Source: Laetmonice hystrix (Eukaryota). From it: 64,000 nucleotides of DNA. The DNA lies in assembly GCA_965235115.1 (NCBI GenBank), contig OZ249436.1:186001-250000 (forward strand), given 5' to 3'. Under the pieces are notes generated by a model that searched no databases, was not told the DNA's origin, and worked only from the letters and a program-made list of their open reading frames with translations. Both the position numbers and the translations under genes were made by a program. Of the stretch, positions 22,908 to 38,300 are shown piece by piece; positions within the stretch are counted from its first letter, which is position 1; every line of letters begins with the position of its first letter.

Positions 22908-25028
22908 CTGTATGCAGACCGATCCTTGAATTCTCTCTCTCAGCCTTGGGACTGTATGCAGACCGATCCTTGAATTCTCTCTCAGCCTTAGGACTGTATG
23001 CAGACCGATCCTTGAATTCTCTCTCTCTCTCAGCCTTGGGACTGTATGCAGACCGATCCTTGAATTCTCTCTCTCTCTCAGCCTTGGGACTGTATGCAGA
23101 CCGATCCTTGAATTCTCTCTCAGCCTTAGGACTGTATGCAGACTGATCCTTGAATTCTCTCTCTCTCTCTCAGCCTTGGGACTGTATGCAGACTGATCCT
23201 TGAATTCTCTCTCAGCCTTGGGACTGTATGCAGACCGATCCTTGAATTCTCTCTCAGCCTTGGGACTGTATGCAGACTGATCCTTGAATTCTCTCTCAGC
23301 CTTGGGACTGTATGCAGACCGATCCTTGAATTCTCTCTCAGCCTTGGGACTGTATGCAGACCGATCCTTGAATTCTCTCTCAGCCTTAGGACTGTATGCA
23401 GACCGATCCTTGAATTCTCTCTCTCTCTCAGCCTTGGGACTGTATGCAGACCGATCCTTGAATTCTCTCTCTCTCTCAGCCTTGGGACTGTATGCAGACC
23501 GATCCTTGAATTCTCTCTCAGCCTTGGGACTGTATGCAGACCGATCCTTGAATTCTCTGTCTCAGCCTTGGGACTGTATGCAGACCGATCCTTGAATTCT
23601 CTCTCTCAGCCTTGGGACTGTATGCAGACCGATCCTTGAATTCTCTGTCTCAGCCTTGGGACTGTACGCAGACCGATCCTTGAATTCTCTCTCAGCCTTA
23701 GGACTGTATGCAGACCGATCCTTGAATTCTCTCTCTCTCTCAGCCTTGGGACTGTATGCAGACCGATCCTTGAATTCTCTCTCTCTCTCAGCCTTGGGAC
23801 TGTATGCAGACCGATCCTTGAATTCTCTCTCTCTCTCAGCCTTGGGACTGTATGCAGACCGATCCTTGAATTCTCTCTCAGCCTTGGGACTGTATGCAGA
23901 CCGATCCTTGAATTCTCTCTCAGCCTTGGGACTGTATGCAGACCGATCCTTGAATTCTCTCTCAGCCTTAGGACTGTATGCAGACCGATCCTTGAATTCT
24001 CTCTCTCTCTCAGCCTTGGGACTGTATGCAGACCGATCCTTGAACTCTCTGTCTCAGCCTTGGGACTGTATGCAGACTGATCCTTGAATTCTCTCTCAGC
24101 CGTGGGACTGTATGCAAACTGATCCTTGAATTCTCTCTCAGCCTTGGGACTGTATGCAGACTGATCCTTGAATTCTCTCTCTCTCTCAGCCGTGGGACTG
24201 TATGCAGACCGATCCTTGAATTCTCTCTCAGCCTTGGGACTGTATGCAGACTGATCCTTGAATTCTCTCTCTCTCTCAGCCTTGGGACTGCATGCAGACC
24301 GATCCTTGAATTCTCTTTCAGCCTTGGGACTGTATGCAGACTGATCCTTGACTTCTCTGTCTCAGCCTTGGGACTGTATGCAGACTGATCCTTTAATTCT
24401 CTGTCTCAGCCTTGGGACTGTATGCAGACCGATCCTTGAATTCTCTCTCAGCCTTGGGACTGTATGCAGACCGATCCTTGAATTCTCTCTCAGCCTTGGG
24501 ACTGTATGCAGACTGATCCTTGAATTCTCTCTCTCTCTCTCAGCCTTGGGACTGTATGCAGACTGATCCTTGAATTCTCTCTCAGCCTTGGGACTGTATG
24601 CAGACTGATCCTTGAATTCTCTGTCTCAGCCTTGGGACTGTATGCAGACCGATCCTTGAATTCTCTCTCAGCCTTGGGACTGTATGCAGACCGATCCTTG
24701 AATTCTCTCTCAGCCTTGGGACTGTATGCAGACCGATCCTTGAATTCTCTCTCAGCCTTGGGACTGTATGCAGACTGATCCTTGAATTCTCTGTCTCAGC
24801 CTTGGGACTGTATGCAGACTGATCCTTGAATTCTCTCTCAGCCTTGGGACTGTATGCAGACCGATCCTTGAATTCTCTCTCAGCCTTGGGACTGTATGCA
24901 GACCGATCCTTGAATTCTCTCTCTCTCTCAGCCTTGGGACTGCATGCAGACTGATCCTTGAATTCTCTCTCAGCCTTGGGACTGTATGCAGACTGATCCT
25001 TGAATTCTCTCTCAGCCTTGGGACTGTA
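22908..25028. repeat. 42-52-bp minisatellite with an embedded variable (CT)n
   Basis: Unit CAGCCTTGGGACTGTATGCAGACCGATCCTTGAATT(CT)n. Ends ~85 bp before LIG1 exon 3. Confidence 0.95.
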
Positions 25029-25113
25029 TTGTATACAGATTCCTGCCACAGGAGCACAATCAAACATTTAAATTGGTCTTACACTTATTGCTGATTTCTT
25101 TTTATTTTCCCAG

Positions 25114-25279
25114 TAAAGTGAAACCGAAAAATAACTCTACACCATCAAAGTGTGAGGACTCTCCAGTTAAAGGCACAGTCCATAAAAAAGGGGGTAGAAG
25201 GATTATTGAAAGTGACGATGATGAGGACGAGAACGGAGTAGTGAAGACGGACCCGCTAACACCTCCTAAATCTACTGTG
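25114..25279 (+). CDS. LIG1: DNA ligase 1, coding exon 3
   Basis: TTTTCCCAG acceptor, phase 2-0, GTAAGT donor: KVKPKNNSTPSKCEDSPVK...RRIIESDDDEDE...TPPKSTV, with several CDK-type S/T-P sites. Confidence 0.8.
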
Positions 25280-26086
25280 GTAAGTACCAGTCTACTACAC
25301 GGTTCCCATGGAGTCGGAACGTCGGGAAATAGTCGAGAAACCCGTCAGGTCAGGATCCCGACCCGGAAAAGTCTGATTTCACCACAAAAAAAATTAAAAT
25401 GGTCCAATGTCCGTTAAAAAGGCCTTTTTTCAAAAAGAAAGGGTTAGATTCCTGAATCTCTTGACCATGTGTAGCCTGTATGCCAGGAAGGTCAGCAGAT
25501 GTGCAGCCAAGGGGCCCTTGGGTTGAGTAAGTGCGGATCCAAGATGGGGGCATGCAGGGGGTCCCCCTTTTGCAAAGAAGTAACAAAAACTATAGGCTAT
25601 GCCTAAATAGTTGGGGACTTTTCGTATTTGTTTGGTTTTTTTTTTGCCATCTGCATTTTCTGGGCCAATGTTCGACTCAGGCCTTCGGCGCTTGAGGGCA
25701 CCCTCCCCCCTTTCGTGCAGTGCTAGATCCGCGCCTGTGAAGGGAAGGGTGGTGGGGTGGAGGGATGACTTGCTATTAGTCCGGAAGAAGTTGGGAAATA
25801 GTCCTGATTCCTATGGGTCCTGATCTGTGGGAGCCCTGCTAGGAGTCAGCCGATTTCCGCAATTTTTTTTTTCTCCAGAAATCATGATTTCTGAGATTCT
25901 GAGATTGATGCCAGATACACTAACCACTTTTTAGTTACTTTTTTTTTATTGGCTGGGATCCGTGAAGTAGAAAGTGAGACAATAAGGAAGCTTAATTTCA
26001 TATTACTTATGGGCTTGTTGAAGTAATGAATTGTAAAACTCTTGTTAAAATGTAAAATATATGACTGCATTACCAAACTTTTCTAG

Positions 26087-26213
26087 GCTGATAAGACAGG
26101 AGTGGAAACACTGAATCCCGAATCAACTTCACCACTAGAAGCCGAGAAGAGATCAAAGGTTGAGATTTCATCATCAGTCACACCAAGCCATGGCATACCA
26201 TACAGAACGACAG
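26087..26213 (+). CDS. LIG1: DNA ligase 1, coding exon 4
   Basis: TTTTCTAG acceptor, phase 0-1: ADKTGVETLNPES...TPSHGIPYRTT. Confidence 0.8.
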
Positions 26214-26302
26214 GTAGTCCTCAGTCATTTTTCACATTTACTGGGGGTATTGCAAATTTCATTGATGATAACGTTTGTTTATTATTATAATTAGGCAATG
26301 GC

Positions 26303-29300
26303 TACTGACACAGTACTGTACACCCAGAGATCCCTGTACTTACTGACACAGTACTGTACACCCAGAGATCCCTGTACTTACTGACACAGTACTGTACACC
26401 CAGAGATCCCTACCCTTACTGACACAGTACTGTACACCCAGTGATCCCTACCCTTACTGACACAGTACTGTACACCCAGAGATCCCTGTACTTACTGACA
26501 CAGTACTGTACACCCAGAGATCCCTGTACTTACTGACACAGTACTGTACACCCAGAGATCCCTACCCTTACTGACACAGTACTGTACACCCAGAGATCCC
26601 TACCCTTACTGACACAGTACTGTACATCCAGAGATCCCTACCCTTACTGACAGTACTGTACACCCAGAGATCCCTACCCTTACTGACACAGTACTGTACA
26701 CCCAGTGATCCCTACCCTTACTGACAGAGTACTGTACACCCAGTGATCCCTACCCTTACTGACACAGTACTGTACACCCAGAGATCCCTACCCTTACTGA
26801 CAGTACTGTACACCCAGAGATCCCTACCCTTACTGACAGTACTGTACACCCAGAGATCCCTACCCTTACTGACACAGTACTGTACACCCAATGATCCCTA
26901 CCCTTACTGACAGAGTACTGTACACCCAGTGATCCCTACCCTTACTGACACAGTACTGTACACCCAGAGATCCCTACCCTTACTGACAGTACTGTACACC
27001 CAGAGATCCCTACCCTTACTGACAGTACTGTACACCCAGTGATCCCTACCCTTACTGACACAGTACTGTACACCCAGTGATCCCTATCCTTACTGACAGT
27101 ACTGTACACCCAGTGATCCCTACCCTTACTGACACAGTACTGTACACCCAGAGATCCCTACCCTTACTGACACAGTACTGTACACCCAGTGATCCCTATC
27201 CTTACTGACAGTACTGTACACCCAGTGATCCCTACCCTTACTGACACAGTACTGTACACCCAGAGATCCCTACCCTTACTGACACAGTACTGTACACCCA
27301 GAGATCCCTACCCTTACTGACACAGTACTGTACACCCAGTGATCCCTACCCTTACTGACACAGTACTGTACACCCAGAGATCCCTGTACTTACTGACACA
27401 GTAGCGGTGGGAGTGGCGGTGGCCTAGTGGGCATGGATGTCGACACCTTATGCTATGCGAATGGGTGCAGTAATCTTAGGGCCTGGGTTCGATTCCTGTA
27501 GAGGACTATACAACTTTTCTCTTTAGGGACATTGTCAAAGTAATTGGGTTACCCCTGATGCCCGTGCATTTCAAAAGAAAAATACAGTACTGTACACCCA
27601 GAGATCCCTGTACTTACTGACACAGTACAGTACACCCAGTGACCCTATCCTTACTGACACAGTACTGTACACCCAGTGATCCCTGTACTTACTGACACAG
27701 TACTGTACACCCAGTGATCCCTACCCTTACTGACACAGTACTGTACACCCAATGATCCCTACCCTTACTGACACAGTACTGTACACCCAGTGATCCCTGT
27801 ACTTACTGACACAGTACTGTACACCCAGTGATCCCTACCCTTACTGACACAGTACAGTACACCCAGTGACCCTATCCTTACTGACACAGTACTGTACACC
27901 CAGTGATCCCTGTACTTACTGACACAGTACTGTACACCCAGAGATCCCTATCCTTACTGACACAGTACTGTACACCCAGTGATCCCTATCCTTACTGACA
28001 GTACTGTACACCCAGTGATCCCTATCCTTACTGACACAGTACTGTACACCCAGAGATCCCTACCCTTACTGACACAGTACTGTACACCCAGAGATCCCTA
28101 CCCTTACTGACACAGTACTGTACACCCAGTGATCCCTATCCTTACTGACAGTACTGTACACCCAGAGATCCCTATCCTTACTGACACAGTACTGTACACC
28201 CAGAGATCCCTACCCTTACTGACACAGTACTGTACACCCAGTGATCCCTACCCTTACTGACACAGTACTGTACATCCAGAGATCCCTACCCTTACTGACA
28301 CAGTACTGTACACCCATTGATCCCTACCGTTACTGACACAGTACTGTACACCCAGAGGTCCCTGTACTTACTGACACAGTACTATACACCCAGTGATCCC
28401 TACCCTTACTGACACAGTACTGTACACCCAGAGATCCCTATCCATACTGACACAGTACTGTACACCCAGTGATCCCTACCCTTACTGACACAGTACTGTA
28501 CACCCAGTGATCCCTGTATTTACTGATACAGTACTGTACACTCAGTGATCCCTACCCTTACTGACACAGTACTGTACACCCAGAGATCCCTACCCTTACT
28601 GACACAGTACTGTACACCCAGAGATCCCTACCCTTACTGACACAGTACTGTACACCCAGAGATCCCTATCCTTACTGACACAGTACTGTACACCCAGAGA
28701 TCCCTACCCTTACTGACACAGTACTGTACACTCAGTGATCCCTGTATTTACTGACACAGTACTGTACACTCAGTGATCCCTACCCTTACTGACACAGTTC
28801 TGTACACCCAGTGATCCCTACCCTTACTGACACAGTACTGTACACCCAGAGATCCCTACCCTTACTGACACAGTACTGTACACCCAGAGATCCCTACCCT
28901 TACTGACACAGTACTGTACACCCAGAGATCCCTACCCTTACTGACACAGTACTGTACACCCAGTGATCCCTACCCTTACTGACAGTACTGTACACCCAGA
29001 GATCCCTACCCTTACTGACACAGTACTGTACACCCAGTGATCCCTACCCTTACTGACAGTACTGTACACCCAGAGATCCCTATCCATACTGACACAGTAC
29101 TGTACACCCAGAGATCCCTACCCTTACTGACACAGTACTGTACACCCAGTGATCCCTGTACTTACTGACACAGTACTGTACACCCAATGATCCCTACCCT
29201 TACTGACACAGTACTGTACACTCAGTGATCCCTATCCTTACTGACAGTACTGTACACCCAATGATCCCTACCCTTACTGACACAGTACTGTACACTCAGT

Positions 29301-32300
29301 GATCCCTACCCTTACTGACACAGTACTGTACACCCAGAGATCCCTACCCTTACTGACACAGTACTGTACACCTAGTGATCCCTATCCTTACTGACAGTAC
29401 TGTACACCCAATGATCCCTACCCTTACTGACAGAGTACTGTACACTCAGTGATCCCTACCCTTACTGACACAGTACTGTACACCCAGAGATCCCTACCCT
29501 TACTGACACAGTACTGTACACCCAGTGATCCCTGTACTTACTGACAGTACTTTACACCCAATGATCCCTATCCTTACTGACACAGTACTGTACACCCAGT
29601 GATCCCTACCCTTACTGACACAGTACTGTACACCCAGTGATCCCTGTACTTACTGACAGTACTTTACACCCAATGATCCCTATCCTTACTGACACAGTAC
29701 TGTACACCCAGTGATCCGTACCCTTACTGACACAGTACTGTACACCCAATGATCCGTACCCTTACTGACACAGTACTGTACACTCAGTGATCCCTATCCT
29801 TACTGACAGTACTGTACACCCAATGATCCCTACCCTTACTGACACAGTACTGTACACCCAATGATCCCTACCCTTACTGACACAGTACAGCACACCCAGT
29901 GATCCCTGTACTTACTGACACAGTACTGTACACCCAGAGATCCCTACCCTTACTGACACAGTACTGTACACTCAGTGATCCCTATCCTTACTGACAGTAC
30001 TGTACACCCAATGATCCCTACCCTTACTGACACAGTACTGTACACTCAGTGATCCCTACCCTTACTGACACAGTACAGTACACCCAGAGATCCCTACCCT
30101 TACTGACACAGTACTGTACACCCAGTGATCCCTATCCTTACTGACAGTACTGTACACCCAATGATCCCTACCCTTACTGACAGAGTACTGTACACTCAGT
30201 GATCCCTACCCTTACTGACACAGTACTGTACACCCAGAGATCCCTACCCTTACTGACACAGTACTGTACACCCAGTGATCCCTGTACTTACTGACAGTAC
30301 TTTACACCCAATGATCCCTATCCTTACTGACACAGTACTGTACACCCAGTGATCCCTACCCTTACTGACACAGTACTGTACACCCAGTGATCCCTGTACT
30401 TACTGACAGTACTTTACACCCAATGATCCCTATCCTTACTGACACAGTACTGTACACCCAGTGATCCGTACCCTTACTGACACAGTACTGTACACCCAAT
30501 GATCCGTACCCTTACTGACACAGTACTGTACACTCAGTGATCCCTATCCTTACTGACAGTACTGTACACCCAGTGATCCCTACCCTTACTGACACAGTAC
30601 TGTACACCCAATGATCCCTATCCTTACTGACAGTACTGTACACCCAATGATCCCTATCCTTACTGACAGTACTGTACACCCAGTGATCCCTACCCTTACT
30701 GACACAGTACTGTACACCCAATGATCCCTACCCTTACTGACACAGTACTGTACACCCAGTGATCCCTACCCTTACTGACACAGTACTGTACACCCAGTGA
30801 TCCCTACCCTTACTGACACAGTACTGTACACCCAGTGATCCCTACCCTTACTGACACAGTACTGTACACCCAGTGATCCCTACCCTTACTGACACAGTAC
30901 TGTACACCCGGAGGTCCCTATACTTACTGACACAGTACTGTACACCCAGAGATCCCTACCCTTACTGACACAATACAGTACACCCAGTGATCCCTACCCT
31001 TACTGACACAGTACTGTACATCCAGAGATCCCTACCCTTACTGACACAGTACTGTACACCCATTGATCCCTACCGTTACTGACACAGTACTGTACACCCA
31101 GAGGTCCCTGTACTTACTGACACAGTACTATACACCCAGTGATCCCTACCCTTACTGACACAGTACTGTACACCCAGAGATCCCTATCCATACTGACACA
31201 GTACTGTACACCCAGTGATCCCTACCCTTACTGACACAGTACTGTACACCCAGTGATCCCTGTATTTACTGATACAGTACTGTACACTCAGTGATCCCTA
31301 CCCTTACTGACACAGTACTGTACACCCAGAGATCCCTACCCTTACTGACACAGTACTGTACACCCAGAGATCCCTACCCTTACTGACACAGTACTGTACA
31401 CCCAGAGATCCCTATCCTTACTGACACAGTACTGTACACCCAGAGATCCCTACCCTTACTGACACAGTACTGTACACTCAGTGATCCCTGTATTTACTGA
31501 CACAGTACTGTACACTCAGTGATCCCTACCCTTACTGACACAGTTCTGTACACCCAGTGATCCCTACCCTTACTGACACAGTACTGTACACCCAGAGATC
31601 CCTACCCTTACTGACACAGTACTGTACACCCAGAGATCCCTACCCTTACTGACACAGTACTGTACACCCAGAGATCCCTACCCTTACTGACACAGTACTG
31701 TACACCCAGTGATCCCTACCCTTACTGACAGTACTGTACACCCAGAGATCCCTACCCTTACTGACAGTACTGTACACCCAGAGATCCCTACCCTTACTGA
31801 CACAGTACTGTACACCCAGTGATCCCTACCCTTACTGACACAGTACTGTACACCCAGAGATCCCTGTACTTACTGACAGTACTGTACACCCAGAGATCCC
31901 TATCCATACTGACACAGTACTGTACACCCAGAGATCCCTACCCTTACTGACACAGTACTGTACACCCAGTGATCCCTGTACTTACTGACACAGTACTGTA
32001 CACCCAATGATCCCTACCCTTACTGACACAGTACTGTACACTCAGTGATCCCTATCCTTACTGACAGTACTGTACACCCAATGATCCCTACCCTTACTGA
32101 CACAGTACTGTACACTCAGTGATCCCTACCCTTACTGACACAGTACTGTACACCCAGAGATCCCTACCCTTACTGACACAGTACTGTACACCCAGTGATC
32201 CCTATCCTTACTGACAGTACTGTACACCCAATGATCCCTACCCTTACTGACAGAGTACTGTACACTCAGTGATCCCTACCCTTACTGACACAGTACTGTA

Positions 32301-35300
32301 CACCCAGAGATCCCTACCCTTACTGACACAGTACTGTACACCCAGTGATCCCTGTACTTACTGACAGTACTTTACACCCAATGATCCCTATCCTTACTGA
32401 CACAGTACTGTACACCCAGTGATCCCTACCCTTACTGACACAGTACTGTACACCCAGTGATCCCTGTACTTACTGACAGTACTTTACACCCAATGATCCC
32501 TATCCTTACTGACACAGTACTGTACACCCAGTGATCCGTACCCTTACTGACACAGTACTGTACACCCAATGATCCGTACCCTTACTGACACAGTACTGTA
32601 CACTCAGTGATCCCTATCCTTACTGACAGTACTGTACACCCAATGATCCCTACCCTTACTGACACAGTACTGTACACCCAATGATCCCTACCCTTACTGA
32701 CACAGTACAGCACACCCAGTGATCCCTGTACTTACTGACACAGTACTGTACACCCAGAGATCCCTACCCTTACTGACACAGTACTGTACACTCAGTGATC
32801 CCTATCCTTACTGACAGTACTGTACACCCAATGATCCCTACCCTTACTGACACAGTACTGTACACTCAGTGATCCCTACCCTTACTGACACAGTACTGTA
32901 CACCCAGAGATCCCTACCCTTACTGACACAGTACTGTACACCCAGTGATCCCTATCCTTACTGACAGTACTGTACACCCAATGATCCCTACCCTTACTGA
33001 CAGAGTACTGTACACTCAGTGATCCCTACCCTTACTGACACAGTACTGTACACCCAGAGATCCCTACCCTTACTGACACAGTACTGTACACCCAGTGATC
33101 CCTGTACTTACTGACAGTACTTTACACCCAATGATCCCTATCCTTACTGACACAGTACTGTACACCCAGTGATCCCTACCCTTACTGACACAGTACTGTA
33201 CACCCAGTGATCCCTGTACTTACTGACAGTACTTTACACCCAATGATCCCTATCCTTACTGACACAGTACTGTACACCCAGTGATCCGTACCGTTACTGA
33301 CACAGTACTGTACACCCAATGATCCGTACCCTTACTGACACAGTACTGTACACTCAGTGATCCCTATCCTTACTGACAGTACTGTACACCCAATGATCCC
33401 TATCCTTACTGACAGTACTGTACACCCAGTGATCCCTACCCTTACTGACACAGTACTGTACACCCAGAGATCCCTACCCTTACTGACACAGTACTGTACA
33501 CCCAGAGATCCCTACCCTTACTGACACAGTACTGTACACCCAGTGATCCCTACCCTTACTGACACAGTACTGTACACCCAGAGATCCCTGTACTTACTGA
33601 CACAGTAGCGGTGGGAGTGGCGGTGGCCTAGTGGGCATGGATGTCGACACCTTATGCTATGCGAATGGGTGCAGTAATCTTAGGGCCTGGGTTCGATTCC
33701 TGTAGAGGACTATACAACTTTTCTCTTTAGGGACATTGTCAAAGTAATTGGGTTACCCCTGATGCCCGTGCATTTCAAAAGAAAAATACAGTACTGTACA
33801 CCCAGAGATCCCTGTACTTACTGACACAGTACAGTACACCCAGTGACCCTATCCTTACTGACACAGTACTGTACACCCAGTGATCCCTGTACTTACTGAC
33901 ACAGTACTGTACACCCAGTGATCCCTACCCTTACTGACACAGTACTGTACACCCAATGATCCCTACCCTTACTGACACAGTACTGTACACCCAGTGATCC
34001 CTGTACTTACTGACACAGTACTGTACACCCAGTGATCCCTACCCTTACTGACACAGTACAGTACACCCAGTGACCCTATCCTTACTGACACAGTACTGTA
34101 CACCCAGTGATCCCTGTACTTACTGACACAGTACTGTACACCCAGAGATCCCTATCCTTACTGACACAGTACTGTACACCCAATGATCCCTACCCTTACT
34201 GACACAGTACTGTACACCCAGTGATCCCTACCCTTACTGACACAGTACTGTACACCCAGTGATCCCTACCCTTACTGACACAGTACTGTACACCCAGTGA
34301 TCCCTACCCTTACTGACACAGTACTGTACACCCAGTGATCCCTACCCTTACTGACACAGTACTGTACACCCGGAGGTCCCTATACTTACTGACACAGTAC
34401 TGTACACCCAGAGATCCCTACCCTTACTGACACAATACAGTACACCCAGTGATCCCTACCCTTACTGACACAGTACTGTACATCCAGAGATCCCTACCCT
34501 TACTGACACAGTACTGTACACCCATTGATCCCTACCGTTACTGACACAGTACTGTACACCCAGAGGTCCCTATACTTACTGACACAGTACTATACACCCA
34601 GTGATCCCTACCCTTACTGACACAGTACTGTACACCCAGAGATCCCTATCCATACTGACACAGTACTGTACACCCAGTGATCCCTACCCTTACTGACACA
34701 GTACTGTACACCCAGTGATCCCTGTATTTACTGATACAGTACTGTACACTCAGTGATCCCTACCCTTACTGACACAGTTCTGTACACCCAGTGATCCCTA
34801 CCCTTACTGACACGGTACTGTACACCCAGAGATCCCTACCCTTACTGACACAGTACTGTACACCCAGAGATCCCTACCCTTACTGACACAGTACTGTACA
34901 CCCAGAGATCCCTATCCTTACTGACACAGTACTGTACACCCAGAGATCCCTACCCTTACTGACACAGTACTGTACACTCAGTGATCCCTGTATTTACTGA
35001 CACAGTACTGTACACTCAGTGATCCCTACCCTTACTGACACAGTTCTGTACACCCAGTGATCCCTACCCTTACTGACAGTACTGTACACCCAGAGATCCC
35101 TACCCTTACTGACACAGTACTGTACACCCAGTGATCCCTACCCTTACTGACAGTACTGTACACCCAGAGATCCCTATCCATACTGACACAGTACTGTACA
35201 CCCAGAGATCCCTACCCTTACTGACACAGTACTGTACACCCAGTGATCCCTGTACTTACTGACACAGTACTGTACACCCAATGATCCCTACCCTTACTGA

Positions 35301-38300
35301 CACAGTACTGTACACTCAGTGATCCCTATCCTTACTGACAGTACTGTACACCCAATGATCCCTACCCTTACTGACAGAGTACTGTACACTCAGTGATCCC
35401 TACCCTTACTGACACAGTACTGTACACCCAGAGATCCCTACCCTTACTGACACAGTACTGTACACCCAGTGATCCCTATCCTTACTGACAGTACTGTACA
35501 CCCAATGATCCCTACCCTTACTGACAGAGTACTGTACACTCAGTGATCCCTACCCTTACTGACACAGTACTGTACACCCAGAGATCCCTACCCTTACTGA
35601 CACAGTACTGTACACCCAGTGATCCCTGTACTTACTGACAGTACTTTACACCCAATGATCCCTATCCTTACTGACACAGTACTGTACACCCAGTGATCCC
35701 TACCCTTACTGACACAGTACTGTACACCCAGTGATCCCTGTACTTACTGACAGTACTTTACACCCAATGATCCCTATCCTTACTGACACAGTACTGTACA
35801 CCCAGTGATCCGTACCCTTACTGACACAGTACTGTACACCCAATGATCCGTACCCTTACTGACACAGTACTGTACCATCAGTGATCCCTATCCTTACTGA
35901 CAGTACTGTACACCCAATGATCCCTACCCTTACTGACACAGTACTGTACACCCAATGATCCCTACCCTTACTGACACAGTACAGTACACCCAGTGATCCC
36001 TGTACTTACTGACACAGTACTGTACACCCAGAGATCCCTACCCTTACTGACACAGTACTGTACACTCAGTGATCCCTATCCTTACTGACAGTACTGTACA
36101 CCCAGTGATCCCTACCCTTACTGACACAGTACTGTACACTCAGTGATCCCTGTACTTACTGACACAGTACTGTACACCCAGTGATCCCTGTACTTACTGA
36201 CACAGTACTGTACACCCAGAGATCCCTACCCTTACTGACACAGTACTGTACACCCAGAGATCCCTACCCTTACTGACACAGTACTGTACACCCAGAGATC
36301 CCTACCCTTACTGACACAGTACTGTACACCCAGAGATCCCTATCCTTACTGACAGTACTGTACACCCAGTGATCCCTACCCTTACTGACACAGTACTGTA
36401 CACCCAGTGATCCCTGTACTTACTGACACAGTACTGTACACCCAGTGATCCCTGTACTTACTGACACAGTACTGTACACCCAGTGATCCCTGTACTTACT
36501 GACACAGTACTGTACACCCAATGATCCCTACCCTTACTGACACAGTACTGTACACTCAGTGATCCCTATCCTTACTGACAGTACTGTACACCCAATGATC
36601 CCTACCCTTACTGACACAGTACTGTACACTCAGTGATCCCTACCCTTACTGACACAGTACTGTACACCCAGAGATCCCTACCCTTACTGACACAGTACTG
36701 TACACCCAGTGATCCCTATCCTTACTGACAGTACTGTACACCCAATGATCCCTACCCTTACTGACAGAGTACTGTACACCCAGTGATCCCTATCCTTACT
36801 GACACAGTACTGTACACCCAGTGATCCCTGTACTTACTGACACAGTACTGTACACCTAGTGATCCCTGTACTTACTGACACAGTACTGTACACCCAGAGA
36901 TCCCTATCCTTACTGACAGTACTGTACACCCAGAGATCCCTACCCTTACTGACAGTACTGTACACCCAGTGATCCCTATCCTTACTGACAGTACTGTACA
37001 CCCAGTGATCCCTATCCTTACTGACACAGTACTGTACACCCAGTGATCCCTGTACTTACTGACACAGTACTGTACACCCAGTGATCCCTACCCTTACTGA
37101 CAGTACTGTACACCCAGAGATCCCTACCCTTACTGACAGTACTGTACATCCAATGATCCCTATCCATACTGACACAGTACTGTACACCCAGAGATCCCTA
37201 CCCTTACTGACAGTACTGTACACCCAGAGATCCCTACCCTTACTGACACAGTACTGTACACCCAGTGATCCCTACCCTTACTGACACAGTACTGTACACC
37301 CAGTGATCCCTGTACTTACTGACACAGTACTGTACACCCAGAGATCCCTACCCTTACTGACACAGTACTGTACACTCAGTGATCCCTTAGGGCCTGGGTT
37401 CGATTCCTGTAGAGGACTATACAACTTTTCTCTTTAGGGACATTGTCAAAGTAATTGGGTTACCCCTGATGCCCGTGCATTTCAAAAGAAAAATACAGTC
37501 TACGCCAGTGCCAGGATTACCTTAACAGTCAATGTTCGGTAGAAATCATGTGTAGCTCTAACTAGGAAAATATGGATTCCGTCTCATTTCAAAAAGATGT
37601 GTGTAGGGGGGAGGGTCCATTGTCCTGCTCGACCACCAAAGCTCCTTTATTAGGGGAGTGGCGGTGGCCTAGTGGGCATGGATGTCGACACCTTATGCTA
37701 TGCGAATGGGTGCAGTAATCTTAGGGCCTGGGTTCGATTCCTGTAGAGGACTATACAAATTTTCTCTTTAGGGACATTGTCAAAGTAATTGGGTTACCCC
37801 TGATGCCCGTGCATTTCAAAAGAAAAATACAGTACTGTACACTCAGTGATCCCTATCCTTACTGACAGTACTGTACACCCAATGATCCCTACCCTTACTG
37901 ACACAGTACTGTACACTCAGTGATCCCTACCCTTACTGACACAGTACTGTACACCCAGAGATCCCTACCCTTACTGACACAGTACTGTACACCCAGTGAT
38001 CCCTATCCTTACTGACAGTACTGTACACCCAATGATCCCTACCCTTACTGACAGAGTACTGTACACTCAGTGATCCCTACCCTTACTGACACAGTACTGT
38101 ACACCCAGAGATCCCTGTACTTACTGACAGTACTTTACACCCAATGATCCCTATCCTTACTGACACAGTACTGTACACCCAGTGATCCCTACCCTTACTG
38201 ACACAGTACTGTACACCCAGTGATCCCTGTACTTACTGACAGTACTTTACACCCAATGATCCCTATCCTTACTGACACAGTACTGTACACCCAGTGATCC

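Noticed and set aside
22908..26400. Common origin of the 42-bp and 38-bp LIG1 intron satellites (shared ACTGTA..CAGA..GATCC)
   Set aside because: The similarity is short and gapped and cannot be separated from chance without a statistical alignment.
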